A DNA stretch of 64,000 nt from Candidatus Nomurabacteria bacterium (GCA_020632095.1 JACKGF010000001.1:444937-508936), one strand, 5' to 3'. Shown: positions 38,062 through 49,175, counted from the stretch's first letter. Numbers and translations are program-made. Notes: generated by a model not told the origin, from the letters alone.

Positions 38062-38505
38062 TTAGTGCTTTCCTTCCAAATTCTTATGGCGTAATTTTTT
38101 CTTTTGGGCTGGAGTCAATTCGGTATCTTCTTTATGAGCGGCCATCTGACTTAAATGATTTGTAGAATTTAATTTCTTCTTTTCAGACCTCAGTTGTTTG
38201 GCTCTAGCTCTATTTCTTTCAAAAATAGTTTCAAAAATAGTATAAAACTTTACCAAAACCTGTAACAGCGTTTTTAGGACCGAATGGATACTGTAATACC
38301 AATGCAGTTGAACAATATATTTAACAAAATGTTCAAGGCTCCTAAGCAACCAATTTCCAAACGCATCAATCTTATCGTCTAACCAATTACGTATTCCAGT
38401 AGCAAAAAATCTCCGTCCACGCTTACCTTCCTTGTATACAATAGTCACAAATACAAGAAAAACAACAATACTGATTACACAATAGATCGCTGCAGTATAA
38501 ATCAT
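38062..38505 (-). CDS. hypothetical membrane protein
   Basis: N-terminal TM helix, basic C-terminus. Confidence 0.4.
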   Translation of the reverse strand: MIYTAAIYCVISIVVFLVFVTIVYKEGKRGRRFFATGIRNWLDDKIDAFGNWLLRSLEHFVKYIVQLHWYYSIHSVLKTLLQVLVKFYTIFETIFERNRARAKQLRSEKKKLNSTNHLSQMAAHKEDTELTPAQKKKLRHKNLEGKH

Positions 38506-38510
38506 TTAGG

Positions 38511-39095
38511 CTATTTTAGAGACATTCGAGAGAATTGAGCAATCGATACATTCTCGCCAAATTTCTGTACAGCACCAGTCACCATCTCTCCAATTGTTTG
38601 ATCTGGATTCTTGATGAAATCTTGCTCCATCAAAATCTGATCCTTAAAGTATGACGCTAGTTTTCCAGCCATAATTTTTTCCTGCATTTCTGCTGGCTTC
38701 CCTTCTACCTCAGCCGCAAACACTTCTTTGGCTTTTTCAATTGATTCAGCTGGTAGCTGGTCTTTACTAACATACCGTGGATCTGTCGCTGCTACATGCA
38801 TAGCAATATCTTTTGCCAACGCCACAAATTCCTCATTCTTTGACACAAAATCAGTTTCACAAGCCAACATAACCATAGCTGCAACTTCGTTAGTGTTATG
38901 AAGATATACCCCAACCGCTCCAGCACCGAGGGTACGGTCAGACTTTTTGTCAGCCGCTTCACTACGCTTTTTCTTTAGAATGATAATGGCCTTTTCCATA
39001 TCACCACCAGCCTCAGTCAAAGCAGTCTTGCACTGCATAACTGAAATACCAGTTTTTTCCCGTAATTCTTTTAATTGAGCTGATGTAATTTCCAT
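38511..39095 (-). CDS. tsf: elongation factor Ts (short form)
   Basis: UBA-like N-terminus LKELREKTGISVMQCKTALTEAGGDMEKA; follows rpsB. Confidence 0.9.
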   Translation of the reverse strand: MEITSAQLKELREKTGISVMQCKTALTEAGGDMEKAIIILKKKRSEAADKKSDRTLGAGAVGVYLHNTNEVAAMVMLACETDFVSKNEEFVALAKDIAMHVAATDPRYVSKDQLPAESIEKAKEVFAAEVEGKPAEMQEKIMAGKLASYFKDQILMEQDFIKNPDQTIGEMVTGAVQKFGENVSIAQFSRMSLK

Positions 39096-39154
39096 AGAAA
39101 ATTTCTAATGAACTAAGATAATGAATATAAAGTGCGACTTAACTGCAAAAGCAA

Positions 39155-39904
39155 TTATCGTCGAACTGGAGCCTTTCTAACTTCTACTGGCTTTGGTACG
39201 TAAGCAGCTTTTCCTTCCTTGTAAGAAGTTGCTAGCTCATCAACCAACAAGGCCACACTGGTCTGAAGTGAGTCGTTAGCAACCACTGGTACCTGAACTT
39301 GCGAAGCGTCGCAATCTGAACTCATGATAGCAATAATCGGAATTTTTCGATCATGAGCTTCTGTTACAGCAATTGACTCATGTCGAGGGTCAATCACCAA
39401 CAGGTAATCAGGTAATTTTTTAATAGTTGAAATACCAAAGAAGTTTGATGTTAATTTGTCAGTTTCGCGACCAATCAATACTCGCTCTTTCTTAGTGTAC
39501 TTTCGCTCCAGCTCACCTGACTGCTTTTCGTTAGTCAGAGTTTCTAGACGGTTAATCCGCTTTTTCATTTCACTGAAGTTTGAAAGCATTCCTCCAATCC
39601 AACGGTTAGTAACATAAGGTGCGTCAGCTTTTTCAGCCGCTGCTTTTACGATTCTCGCTGACTCATCTTTAGTACTAACAAATAGTACTGTCTTTCCTAG
39701 TAACCCAGCTTGCTTGATTGTTTCTTTAGCTATTTCAAGTTGCTCGGTAGTTTTTTCGAGGTCAAAAATATCGTTACCATCCTTAGTTGTAAAAAGGAAT
39801 TTAGTAACAGTTGGATGACGACGTCGCTTCTTGAAACCAAAGTGTGAACCGGCCTTAAACAGGCGGTCGATTATTGATGTTTTATCAGTTGTAATAGTTG
39901 ACAT
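39155..39904 (-). CDS. rpsB: 30S ribosomal protein S2
   Basis: LFKAGSHFGFKKRRRHPTV...; rpsB-tsf gene order. Confidence 0.9.
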   Translation of the reverse strand: MSTITTDKTSIIDRLFKAGSHFGFKKRRRHPTVTKFLFTTKDGNDIFDLEKTTEQLEIAKETIKQAGLLGKTVLFVSTKDESARIVKAAAEKADAPYVTNRWIGGMLSNFSEMKKRINRLETLTNEKQSGELERKYTKKERVLIGRETDKLTSNFFGISTIKKLPDYLLVIDPRHESIAVTEAHDRKIPIIAIMSSDCDASQVQVPVVANDSLQTSVALLVDELATSYKEGKAAYVPKPVEVRKAPVRR

Positions 39905-40093
39905 AAGTAATTATAGGCAAAAAGCGTAAGACCGCTTAGCGACGAGATGGTACCACAGCCACCACTTGAGTGCAATAGCTATGGCTATACTGAAACCTTA
40001 AAAGACAAAGTGAAACTAGCAATAATAGTTGCTCTTAGATGGATTTTTAGCCGTCTTAAATTTTAAGATTGCACATCAACCCAACTTACTATT

Positions 40094-41104
40094 TTATAAT
40101 TCATCATCATTAAGCTCAGCCACCACTCCCTCCTCACCATCACCAGCGGCCACAGACTGTAGAGTTTCAACAATTGGAGCTAAATTACCCCCCAAGGTAG
40201 CTTCTACTGTATGCCATGACTGTTTGATACGGTGATCAGTAATGCGGTTTTGCGGAAAATTGTAAGTACGGATTTTTTCTGAGCGATCACCGGTACCAAT
40301 TTGGTTTTTACGGGTTTCTGCATGTTTACGGACTTGCTCCTCTTCGTGTGCCATTTCTAATTTTGCCACCAAAGCAATCATCGCTTTCTCGCGATTCTTA
40401 AGTTGAGAACGTTCACTTTCACATCGCACATCAACCCCTGTCGGTCGATGAATCAATCGCACTGCTGTTTCCACTTTGTTCACATTCTGACCACCCGCCC
40501 CACCAGAGCGAGAAAATTCCATATCGATGTCAGTCGGGTTGATTTCAATGGTTGGTTTTTTACGCATTGGTAAAATCGCAACTGAAGCGGTCGAGGTATG
40601 AATTCTCCCCTGCTTCTCAGTCGCTGGAATACGTTGCACCCGATGTACACCTGTTTCATAACGCAAATGATCGTAGACGTCTTTCCCCATAATTTCAAAA
40701 GAGGCATCCTTATACCCTCCCGCTTCAGTTGCAGACACGGAGGAGCGTATAGTGGGCCAACCATTAATCTCGGCGTACTTTAGATACATAGAAGCCAGCT
40801 CAGCCGCAAACAAAGAAGCTTCGTCTCCCCCAGCGCCGGCGCGCACTTCGAGCATTACCCCGTAAGGTTTAACCTCTTCTTCCTTGTCGCCTTCAATAAT
40901 TTTCTCCATCTCTTTATAAGATGAATCTAATTGTGCGTCGAGATTGGAAATCTCCTCCTTTACCAACTCAGCCATTTCCGGATCAGCATCAGCCATCTCC
41001 TCAGATTCTGTTCGTTGTTTTAACAGCAAGTCAAACTGACTCGCCAAAAATTGCGTTTTATGATTGTCACGAAATGTTTGTAATATTTCTTCAGAAAATT
41101 CCAT
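40094..41104 (-). CDS. prfA: peptide chain release factor 1
   Basis: GGQ motif [11 protein letters not shown] and RF1 PAT tripeptide ([14 protein letters not shown]); start moved to MEFSEE because the first 14 codons of the ORF as given overlap the rpmE terminator hairpin. Confidence 0.85.
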   Translation of the reverse strand: MEFSEEILQTFRDNHKTQFLASQFDLLLKQRTESEEMADADPEMAELVKEEISNLDAQLDSSYKEMEKIIEGDKEEEVKPYGVMLEVRAGAGGDEASLFAAELASMYLKYAEINGWPTIRSSVSATEAGGYKDASFEIMGKDVYDHLRYETGVHRVQRIPATEKQGRIHTSTASVAILPMRKKPTIEINPTDIDMEFSRSGGAGGQNVNKVETAVRLIHRPTGVDVRCESERSQLKNREKAMIALVAKLEMAHEEEQVRKHAETRKNQIGTGDRSEKIRTYNFPQNRITDHRIKQSWHTVEATLGGNLAPIVETLQSVAAGDGEEGVVAELNDDEL

Positions 41105-41126
41105 AGAGTTTATAGTACACAAAAAA

Positions 41127-41165
41127 GAGCAGTGTGTCTTCGACACACTGCTCTTTTTAATTATG
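41127..41165 (-). terminator. intrinsic terminator after rpmE
   Basis: aaaaagagcagtgtgtcgaagacacactgctcttttt. Confidence 0.6.
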
Positions 41166-41430
41166 CCTTCTTCTTTCGGCCATCAGTTTTTCCAGCTCGA
41201 GCTTTGAATCGCTCTACTCGACCAGCCATGTCCATCACCTTTTCTTGTCCAGTATAAAACGGGTGTGAAGCACTAGTTACGTCAACGTTAGCCATTGGGT
41301 ACTCTACTCCGTCTGTCCACTTGTCAGTAGCGGTTGTTTCAATGGTAGAACCAATCAAAACTCGCTCGTTACTTGAGTTATCATGGAAAATTACCATACG
41401 GTAGTTTTGTGGGTGAATATCTTTTTTCAT
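41161..41430 (-). CDS. rpmE: 50S ribosomal protein L31, non-zinc type B
   Basis: [10 protein letters not shown]...HPFYTGQ; no CxxC pairs. Confidence 0.85.
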   Translation of the reverse strand: MKKDIHPQNYRMVIFHDNSSNERVLIGSTIETTATDKWTDGVEYPMANVDVTSASHPFYTGQEKVMDMAGRVERFKARAGKTDGRKKKA

Positions 41431-41684
41431 ATCTATAATACTTCGGCGTACCCATGAGACTATAAAATAGACTCTGGAATATAATAAGCGGGTACACCTA
41501 ATTTCTTGTGCCAGATACTATAACAGACAATGCCGTTTTCGCAACTTTTCCAAGGCTGTCCTTGGAAAATTCCCGTGGGATACCCTACTCCTCCCTAAGC
41601 CGGTCTTAGGGATTAATAGATTTCAGTATAACTGTATTTTCTTCTTTTAGACTAGCTTCATTTTCCATAAATTAAGCACAACTA

Positions 41685-43046
41685 CTACTGCCCAAGAATC
41701 TTGATGTTCTCGGCCATGTTGGCTTTGCGGTTCATCACTTGGTCACCGTAGAAGGCGTTAGCTGGGTTTGATGCTCCTCCCCAACCAGCGTAGTAACGAA
41801 GGGCTGCCAACCTATCGCCTGAGAAAGTACCGTTAGCTCCATTATCTCTAAGCAATAAGGCAGTAGCGATAAAAGCGTCTTGATTATTAAACGGATTGGC
41901 TGGACCAGAACTCTTATTGATGCGACGAATCGCATCAGCAGACTGACTGTATTCCCAACCATTCCCATAATTAACAATTCCACCGTAAATCGCCCAAGTA
42001 GAAGGAATGAATTGTGAAGGACCCATCGCCCCTCCCCAACCAACCCGGCTGCCATTTTGGATAATTGGACAAGAAACTGTTCGGGAATACGGATCAAAAC
42101 CAAGCACTTTTGCAATCGCTAAGAATACTGGCTCATCTCTATCAGGATGCATTACTGGCTTACTACTGTGACTGTCGGAAAAGAGACAGCTACCGAGGTT
42201 GGAGCCAAGATTTGTTTCTTGTTCGAGAATAGCTAAAATCAAAGCCGCATCTACACCCGTTACTCCAGACGCATACTTAGCCAAAGACACCGCTTCAGGC
42301 AACGGAATATTTCCTCCTCCTCCAAGCAACTGAAAGAGTTGATTACGAAGCTCGGCGGCAGTGCGCTGGTGAGATTCTAATAAAGCTTGGTAGGTTTTTT
42401 CCTCTCCTTTAGTGACAGTAAGAATTTGTTCTTTCTCTTTTTCCTTAGCTTCAATTTCTTTTTTTTGTAACTCCTGAATCCGCTTCATCTCAGCCTCAGT
42501 CTCTTGCTTACTTTCAAGTGAACTTTTTTGTTCGTAAGTATCCTGTCGAATGCTGTGTAAAATTCCTAAAGACTCATTGAGTGACTCTTTGATTGACTCA
42601 TAAGTAGCAACATCGGTAAAAAATTCTGAGAAATTTTGTTTACTCAACATCACCTCTACTAGAGAGTATTCATCCAGTAGCGCAGACTTTCTGATCAGGT
42701 CTGCGAGCGAAGCCTGCTGTTTGCCAAGACGCTCCTGTAGTATATCAAGCACAATTTCTTTATCCCCAATCTGGTCTGTTAGTTGCTCAATTGCCACTGC
42801 CCTAGCCTGAATTCCTAGCTGAGCTTTTTTGATTTCTCCTTCAATCAAATTAATATCGCGTTCGAGCGAACGACGTTCTAGCCGGGTATCTTCTACCAAT
42901 CGCTCTTGTTGGAGCATTTGTCTTTCAACGTTTTGAAGCTTAATTTCAAGCTGTTTTCGGATTTCTGCGTCCGACTGACTTTGTACACCAACAGGCGGCA
43001 CAAATAAAACTAATAGGAAAATACCGACAATCAACTTTCGTATCAT
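41685..43046 (-). CDS. coiled-coil protein with C-terminal MltB-like lytic transglycosylase domain
   Basis: signal/TM; long Glu/Gln/Leu/Lys-rich coiled coil; GWGGAMGPSQFIPSTW (SLT_2-like). Confidence 0.6.
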   Translation of the reverse strand: MIRKLIVGIFLLVLFVPPVGVQSQSDAEIRKQLEIKLQNVERQMLQQERLVEDTRLERRSLERDINLIEGEIKKAQLGIQARAVAIEQLTDQIGDKEIVLDILQERLGKQQASLADLIRKSALLDEYSLVEVMLSKQNFSEFFTDVATYESIKESLNESLGILHSIRQDTYEQKSSLESKQETEAEMKRIQELQKKEIEAKEKEKEQILTVTKGEEKTYQALLESHQRTAAELRNQLFQLLGGGGNIPLPEAVSLAKYASGVTGVDAALILAILEQETNLGSNLGSCLFSDSHSSKPVMHPDRDEPVFLAIAKVLGFDPYSRTVSCPIIQNGSRVGWGGAMGPSQFIPSTWAIYGGIVNYGNGWEYSQSADAIRRINKSSGPANPFNNQDAFIATALLLRDNGANGTFSGDRLAALRYYAGWGGASNPANAFYGDQVMNRKANMAENIKILGQ

Positions 43047-43092
43047 GCCGGTATTATACCAGAGTCAGCAGTTTTTGTAGTCTCGACAGAAA

Positions 43093-43728
43093 CTATTCTG
43101 CAACCTCTTCTTCTTTACCTTTCTTCTCTACTTCAATTGCTTCCATATCTACTTCCGCATTTTCTTCATCCTCTGTAGACACTCTCGCTGCACTAACCAC
43201 CGCTACTGGACTTTCTCCATCCTCATGAATAACCACCCCTTTAGCCACTTTCAAATCAGACACATGAATCTTGTCCTCAATATTAACCAAAACACTAACA
43301 TCAACATCAATATGTGAAGGTAAATCAGCTGGCTTACAAGTAACTTTCACATCCTGAAGAATATGAGTCACTGTTCCACCATGAGTAGTTTCTACTGGAG
43401 CGACTCCAATAAACTCAAGCGGTACGTGAGTGGTGATTTCCTTACCTTTTTCAAGAGCGTAAAAGTCCACATGAATCACTTGTTGTTTCACTGGATTGAA
43501 TTCCACATCTTTAATAAGTACTTCCATCGCTTTGTCTAAACCAGTAAGTTCAATAATGGTAGATTCACCGGCTTCTTTTAGTACTTTATCAAACTCTTTT
43601 TTCTCCAAAACTATTGATAATGGTTCTTGTTTAGGGCCATACACTACGGCCGGCACATTGCCATCAACCCGCAGAGTATCTAAAGATTTCGCTTTGTCAC
43701 GAATTGTGACTGGTAATGTAATTGTCAT
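43093..43728 (-). CDS. rplY: 50S ribosomal protein L25/general stress protein Ctc
   Basis: L25 N-domain with C-terminal acidic extension. Confidence 0.85.
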   Translation of the reverse strand: MTITLPVTIRDKAKSLDTLRVDGNVPAVVYGPKQEPLSIVLEKKEFDKVLKEAGESTIIELTGLDKAMEVLIKDVEFNPVKQQVIHVDFYALEKGKEITTHVPLEFIGVAPVETTHGGTVTHILQDVKVTCKPADLPSHIDVDVSVLVNIEDKIHVSDLKVAKGVVIHEDGESPVAVVSAARVSTEDEENAEVDMEAIEVEKKGKEEEVAE

Positions 43729-43815
43729 GTTGAGTAGATTAGCACAATTTTATGAAATGAAAACAGTTTACAATCAAAAGTGAGTATTCCCCTACCTCTA
43801 ATAATCTGATACGAC

Positions 43816-44841
43816 ATGAGTGATATACTCAAACATATGTCACAACAGTACGATTTTGTCGCCATTGGCGACATTCTAATAGACGCTTTTATTGAACTTA
43901 ACAAAGACGAAGCTGATGTTTCTATCGACCTAGACACCGGCCGAAAAACCCTACACATGCCATTTGGTGGTAAGTTACCTTACAACGATGTGACCGTAAT
44001 CAACGCCGTTGGTAACTCTCCCAACGCAGCAGTTTCTGCTCACCGGCTGGGCCTAGAAACTGGTTTAGTAACTCATCTCGGTAATGACCGAAATGGAAAA
44101 GATTGTTTGGAAGCACTGCGAACAGAGGGGGTCCACACTGATTTTGTGAAGTTACACGAAGATAAAAAAACTAATTATCACTATGTGCTCCGTTATGGAC
44201 CAGAACGCACTATTCTGATTAATCATGAGAAATACCCTTATTCTCTACCAGATTTCCCCGTTGCTCCTAAGTTCTTTTATTTCTCATCCGTTGGCGAACA
44301 CGGCCTACCCTACCACCACGAAATTGCTGAGTACGTAAAAAACAACGAAACTAAATTAGCCTTCCAACCAGGAACATTTCAAATCAAAGTTGGAATTGAT
44401 GCCATACGTGACGTCTACGAAAATACAGAAATCTTTTTCTGCAACAAGGAAGAAGCTCAAGAAATACTAGCTTCAACCGAACAACATATTCCGACTTTGA
44501 TTCGTGGCATTCGTGAACTTGGCCCAGTCATTCCAGTGATTACTGATGGACCAAACGGAGCCTACACCGTCGACGCTGATGATCAAGCTTGGCACATGCC
44601 AATGTACCCAGACCCAGCTCCACCAGTCGACCGTACTGGTGCTGGTGACTCATTCTCATCCACCTTCACCGCCGCCATCATTCTCGGTAAAGACCCTGCC
44701 GAGGCTCTATCTTGGGGACCGATTAACTCCATGAATGTAGTGCAACACGTCGGTGCTCAAGCAGGTTTACTACCCCTCGAAACCCTCCTTAAACACCTAG
44801 AAAACCGCCCAGCGGATTATGTAGCTAGTAAAATTGTTTGA
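43816..44841 (+). CDS. PfkB-family carbohydrate kinase (ribokinase-like)
   Basis: C-terminal DRTGAGDSFSS anion-hole motif; ends TGA. Confidence 0.75.
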   Translation: MSDILKHMSQQYDFVAIGDILIDAFIELNKDEADVSIDLDTGRKTLHMPFGGKLPYNDVTVINAVGNSPNAAVSAHRLGLETGLVTHLGNDRNGKDCLEALRTEGVHTDFVKLHEDKKTNYHYVLRYGPERTILINHEKYPYSLPDFPVAPKFFYFSSVGEHGLPYHHEIAEYVKNNETKLAFQPGTFQIKVGIDAIRDVYENTEIFFCNKEEAQEILASTEQHIPTLIRGIRELGPVIPVITDGPNGAYTVDADDQAWHMPMYPDPAPPVDRTGAGDSFSSTFTAAIILGKDPAEALSWGPINSMNVVQHVGAQAGLLPLETLLKHLENRPADYVASKIV

Positions 44842-44863
44842 GAAAACGAGCTTAGATAATCAC

Positions 44864-44893
44864 AAAACCACCGCTCTGTTGAGCGGTGTTTTT
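44864..44893 (+). terminator. intrinsic terminator
   Basis: aaaaccaccgctc-tgtt-gagcggtgttttt. Confidence 0.65.
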
Positions 44894-45035
44894 AGTGTTT
44901 TAGGCCCCGAAAAGTTTCTTTATCCCTAAATATGTCATAATTCACTAGCTACTTTACCAACCTGTCTGAATGAAATCATATACAAAAAACTCCCTAATTA
45001 TAGTGAGTGTTTTCGTGTTATTTAAAAAATTTTAA

Positions 45036-46019
45036 CTACACCAGTTTCCGGGCTGCAGCTTCAATTCCAGCGGCGTCTAGACCAAAGAAAGAAATCAATT
45101 CCTCCGGCTCACCCGATTGACCAAAGACATCTTTGATACCGACTCTAATCATTTTGGTTGGAACTGTTTCAGACAAATGTTCAGCTACTGCCCCTCCCAA
45201 ACCACCAATCACTTGATGTTCCTCGACTGTTACTAGAGCACCGTGCTCAGCTGCAAAAGCTTCCAAAGCCTCACCGTCAAGAGGCTTGATAGTTGGCATA
45301 TGAAGCACCGAAGCGCCAATACCGCTTTGCTGAAGGGTTTCTGCAGCCATAAGAGCATTATAGAGCAGAGAGCCAGTTACTACGATTCCTACCTTTTTCT
45401 CGTGCTTTTCATCACGCGAATACATCCGCAAAGCTTTCCCGATTTCAAATGGAGTTTCTGGTGTAGTAACTACCGGAGTCGCACTTCGACCAAGTCTAAA
45501 ATAAATTGGTCCTTCATACTTAGCCGCCGCTAAGGTGACCTTACGCGCTTCATGAACGTCAGCCGGAGCAATCACAATCATGTTCGGCACCGCCCTCATA
45601 ATAGCAATATCCTCGATCATTTGGTGAGTTGCCCCATCTGGCCCCACCGACACACCAGCGTGTGCGCCCACAATTTTCACATTGCTATTATTATAAGCAA
45701 TTGTAGTGCGAATCTGTTCCCAGTTCCGACCTGGTGAAAAAATGGCGTAAGAAGCAATAAACGGAATCTTTCCCATCGCCGCCATACCCGAACCAACCGA
45801 CGCCATATTTTGTTCTGCAATGCCGATCTGAACAAATCGTTCTGGAAATTCTTCAGCAAAAGAATTGGTCTTGGTGGATTCTGTTAGATCACAACTTAAC
45901 GCTACCACTCGACTGTCGCGCTTCCCTGCTTCAAGCAGACCTTCACCATAGCCATTTCTAGTTGGCACCTTTTCAACTGAGTCACCAGTTAGATTTTGTT
46001 GTATATAGTCAGCAAACAT
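45036..46019 (-). CDS. transketolase, C-terminal subunit (split transketolase)
   Basis: pyrimidine-binding and C-terminal domains; immediately follows the N-terminal subunit gene. Confidence 0.85.
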   Translation of the reverse strand: MFADYIQQNLTGDSVEKVPTRNGYGEGLLEAGKRDSRVVALSCDLTESTKTNSFAEEFPERFVQIGIAEQNMASVGSGMAAMGKIPFIASYAIFSPGRNWEQIRTTIAYNNSNVKIVGAHAGVSVGPDGATHQMIEDIAIMRAVPNMIVIAPADVHEARKVTLAAAKYEGPIYFRLGRSATPVVTTPETPFEIGKALRMYSRDEKHEKKVGIVVTGSLLYNALMAAETLQQSGIGASVLHMPTIKPLDGEALEAFAAEHGALVTVEEHQVIGGLGGAVAEHLSETVPTKMIRVGIKDVFGQSGEPEELISFFGLDAAGIEAAARKLV

Positions 46020-46020
46020 A

Positions 46021-46917
46021 TTATGAGATATCTTGAGCTTCGATGGTTCCGGCTAAAGTGCGGAGCTTCTGTAGAGCAACGGCTGCTTGTTCTTCGTGAG
46101 TTACTCTATCTTCAGGTCCTTTACCTGGAGGATTGCCATGCCATCTAAAATCTCGCTCAAACACATCAACTCCTTTAGAAGCAATCGTGTGCGCAATAAT
46201 TAGTGATGGTTGACTATAGACCGCCTGTGCTTTTCCAATAGCGTCATTTAAGGCGCGTATACTATGACCATCAACTTCCTGTACATCGAAGTTAAAGGCT
46301 TCAAATTTTTCCGCTAACGGTTCAAGCGGCATTACATTTTTTGTATAACCATCAATCTGAATTCCGTTCCTATCGACAATGACAATTAGATTATTTAATT
46401 TTTCTTTTCCAGCTAATAGTGCCGCTTCCCAAATCTGTCCTTCATTGAGCTCACCGTCACCCGTCAGACAATAAAAGAATTTTGACGAGTAAGGATTATC
46501 AATTCTTTCTGCTAAAGCCATCCCTATCGCTTGAGAAAGACCTGAACCCAGTGGACCAGAACTGGTCTCAATCCCTGGCAAAGCTCCCTTGTGCGGGTGA
46601 CCCTGTAGTCGTGAGCCCAGCTTGCGTAAAGTCATCATTTCCTCCATAGGAAAATATCCAGCGTGGGCTAAAGTAGCATACAAAACTGGACAGATATGAC
46701 CATTAGACAAAATCACTCGATCACGCTCTTCCCAGTCAGGATTCTTAGGGTCGTGTTTTAGAATTCCAAAGTATAGCAAAGTGAACACGTCAGCCATTCC
46801 CAGTGGTCCAGCCGTATGTCCACTACCAGCTTCAGTTAGCATCTCAATGATACTTTGACGAATATCATTAGCCTTGTGTTCTAGGGTTTTTATTTCTTCA
46901 GAAGTAAGATATTGCAT
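46021..46917 (-). CDS. transketolase, N-terminal subunit (ThDP-binding)
   Basis: GHxxxxLG and GDGELNEGQIWEA ThDP motifs. Confidence 0.85.
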   Translation of the reverse strand: MQYLTSEEIKTLEHKANDIRQSIIEMLTEAGSGHTAGPLGMADVFTLLYFGILKHDPKNPDWEERDRVILSNGHICPVLYATLAHAGYFPMEEMMTLRKLGSRLQGHPHKGALPGIETSSGPLGSGLSQAIGMALAERIDNPYSSKFFYCLTGDGELNEGQIWEAALLAGKEKLNNLIVIVDRNGIQIDGYTKNVMPLEPLAEKFEAFNFDVQEVDGHSIRALNDAIGKAQAVYSQPSLIIAHTIASKGVDVFERDFRWHGNPPGKGPEDRVTHEEQAAVALQKLRTLAGTIEAQDIS

Positions 46918-46963
46918 AAATGTACTGATAGTATAACAACGAAATTTGCTAGATGAAACTTTA

Positions 46964-47617
46964 CTAGTTAATAAGTCCTAAAAGTGCTTTATGGGCCACT
47001 TCTGGGTTAGGTTGAAGCACTATAGCTGATCCACAGATAAAACGATCTGCACCGGCATTATAGAGTCTTTCGATAGTGTTTTTATTGACACTACCGTCAA
47101 TCGTAATCGACATCTTTGGAAAAACTCTTTTCAACTCTGCGATCTTAACAAAGACCCCTTCATCCAGTGGCAATCCTTGAGCGCCAATTTCGTAGATACC
47201 CATCAATTGAATATAATCCGCATATTCCGCATATGAGATTAAAGTTTGAAGCGGAGTATCACCATGAGCACTCACTCCAACCGAAACCTTGGTGGTATTA
47301 GCAAAATTCTTAAACGTGTCTAGTGATAATGTCTCCACATGAAAGACCAACATGTCTGCTCCTGCTTCAATCCACTTAGTCGCCGCCTTGATTGGTTCTG
47401 CTACCATCAAGTCAACCTCCAAAGTATAAACATCTAAATATGGTTTTACAGCCAAAGGTTCCCCCACCGGTGCGTAGGGCCAGGAAATAGTTTGTACAAA
47501 ATTACCATCAACGATATCTAAATGGAACTCACCCGAAAAGGCCAATACTTTAGAGAAGTTTTCAACCTCAGCTTGGGACTTTGGTATAACAGCGGGTACG
47601 ATAGGAGAATAGATCAT
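46964..47617 (-). CDS. rpe: ribulose-phosphate 3-epimerase
   Basis: HLDIVDGNFV and TIM-barrel pattern. Confidence 0.85.
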   Translation of the reverse strand: MIYSPIVPAVIPKSQAEVENFSKVLAFSGEFHLDIVDGNFVQTISWPYAPVGEPLAVKPYLDVYTLEVDLMVAEPIKAATKWIEAGADMLVFHVETLSLDTFKNFANTTKVSVGVSAHGDTPLQTLISYAEYADYIQLMGIYEIGAQGLPLDEGVFVKIAELKRVFPKMSITIDGSVNKNTIERLYNAGADRFICGSAIVLQPNPEVAHKALLGLIN

Positions 47618-48078
47618 GTGTGAATTTTTTTGGTTATGACAGAGATTTTTTTATTTCTTCGTTGGTATTTTTCTTCAGTAAAAAAGTCTGTATGCAACCA
47701 CTTCCAAACCATTTTCTTGCAGGTATCAATATCAACAAATCTAGCCCCTATCGATAAAACATTAGCGTCATTATGTTGTCTCGACAAACTAATAATTTCT
47801 TCGTCGCCTCCATAATAAACTGTCGCCCGCACATTAGGAAACCGGTTGGCTACCATCGCCTCCCCTTGCCCCGAACCACCAAACACAATCGCTTTGGCTC
47901 CAGCTGGGTTCTTACTCACTTCAGCCGCTGCTAGTGAAATAAAATACGGATAATCGTCCAACGGATCATCCTCGTATGCACCATGATCTACAATTGTATA
48001 GCCTTCAGATTTTAACCAAGTCGAAACCGCCTCCTTGTGAACGAAACCGGCGTGGTCTGTAGCTAGATGAATAACCAT
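47614..48078 (-). CDS. rpiB: ribose-5-phosphate isomerase B
   Basis: RpiB/LacAB fold (GGSGQGEAMVANRFPNVRA). Confidence 0.85.
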   Translation of the reverse strand: MVIHLATDHAGFVHKEAVSTWLKSEGYTIVDHGAYEDDPLDDYPYFISLAAAEVSKNPAGAKAIVFGGSGQGEAMVANRFPNVRATVYYGGDEEIISLSRQHNDANVLSIGARFVDIDTCKKMVWKWLHTDFFTEEKYQRRNKKISVITKKIHT

Positions 48079-48088
48079 AAGTTTTCGA

Positions 48089-49117
48089 TTAAGATTTAAT
48101 GTGAGAAGCTACGGCGGCCACATGCTCTACCAAAGTCTGAGTGTAACTAGTTTCATTATCGTACCAAGCCAGCACCTTGACTAAGTTTCCGCCGACCACT
48201 TTTGTAAAAGACAAATCAGCAATTGAACCAACTCTTGAACCGATAATATCCGAAGAGACAATCTGCTCATCAGTCGCCGCAAAAATATTAGTCCACCTTG
48301 GGTCAGTCGCTGCCTTAAGTAAAACTTCATTCACTTCTTCGACTGTAGTATCGCGTGAAGCAATAAAAGTCACGTCTACGATAGAACCAACTGGTACAGG
48401 TACCCGCATAGCCAAACCATCAAACTTCCCTTTCAACTCAGGATGAGCTTCAGTCGTAGCAATAGCAGCCCCAGTAGTAGAAGGAATAATATTAAGCGCG
48501 GCTGCCCTACCTTTCCTCATGTCTTTTCCAGATGGACCATCAACTAACGATTGGGTGGCGGTGTAAGCATGGACAGTATTGAGAATCGCCTTTTCGATTC
48601 CAATCGCTTCTTTCAAAATTGCAATCAAAGGACTGGTTGCATTCGTAGTACAAGAAGCATTTGAAGAAATATCACAAGTTGCTAACTCACCTTGATTAAC
48701 CCCCATCAAAACCGTCGCTCCTCTGACCCCAGCTTCCTCAGCATCATTTTTAGCTGGAGCCGAAATCACTACTCGCCTAGCCCCCGCGGTCAGGTGTTTT
48801 TTAGATCCAGAATAAGCGGTGAAGAATCCGGTCGACTCGACTACAATATCAATATTCAAATCGCGCCACGGTAATTTTTCAGGGTCACGCTCTTGCACGA
48901 AAGCAATCTCACGTCCATCTACCACCAACTTGCCGTCACTTACCTTTACTGAAAAAGGGCTACGGCCATAGACAGAATCGTACTCAAGTAGGTACGCCAA
49001 ATTTTCCAGACTGCCCAAATCATTTATCGCCACTACTTGGAAATTCGGATTCCCGAAAGCCAGTCGAATGAAAGTCCGCCCGATTCTACCAAATCCATTT
49101 ATTGCTACTCGTACCAT
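48089..49117 (-). CDS. gap: glyceraldehyde-3-phosphate dehydrogenase
   Basis: INGFGRIGR NAD-binding motif; active site SNASCTTN. Confidence 0.9.
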   Translation of the reverse strand: MVRVAINGFGRIGRTFIRLAFGNPNFQVVAINDLGSLENLAYLLEYDSVYGRSPFSVKVSDGKLVVDGREIAFVQERDPEKLPWRDLNIDIVVESTGFFTAYSGSKKHLTAGARRVVISAPAKNDAEEAGVRGATVLMGVNQGELATCDISSNASCTTNATSPLIAILKEAIGIEKAILNTVHAYTATQSLVDGPSGKDMRKGRAAALNIIPSTTGAAIATTEAHPELKGKFDGLAMRVPVPVGSIVDVTFIASRDTTVEEVNEVLLKAATDPRWTNIFAATDEQIVSSDIIGSRVGSIADLSFTKVVGGNLVKVLAWYDNETSYTQTLVEHVAAVASHIKS

Positions 49118-49175
49118 ATATAAAATAATAACTGATTAACTCCATATACTATACAAGCAATTCACTACACCTTCA

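Noticed and set aside
40094-41146. Longer prfA start ([14 protein letters not shown]...)
   Set aside because: The first 14 codons coincide with the rpmE terminator hairpin, and family alignment begins at MEFSEE. The internal start at 41104 is preferred.
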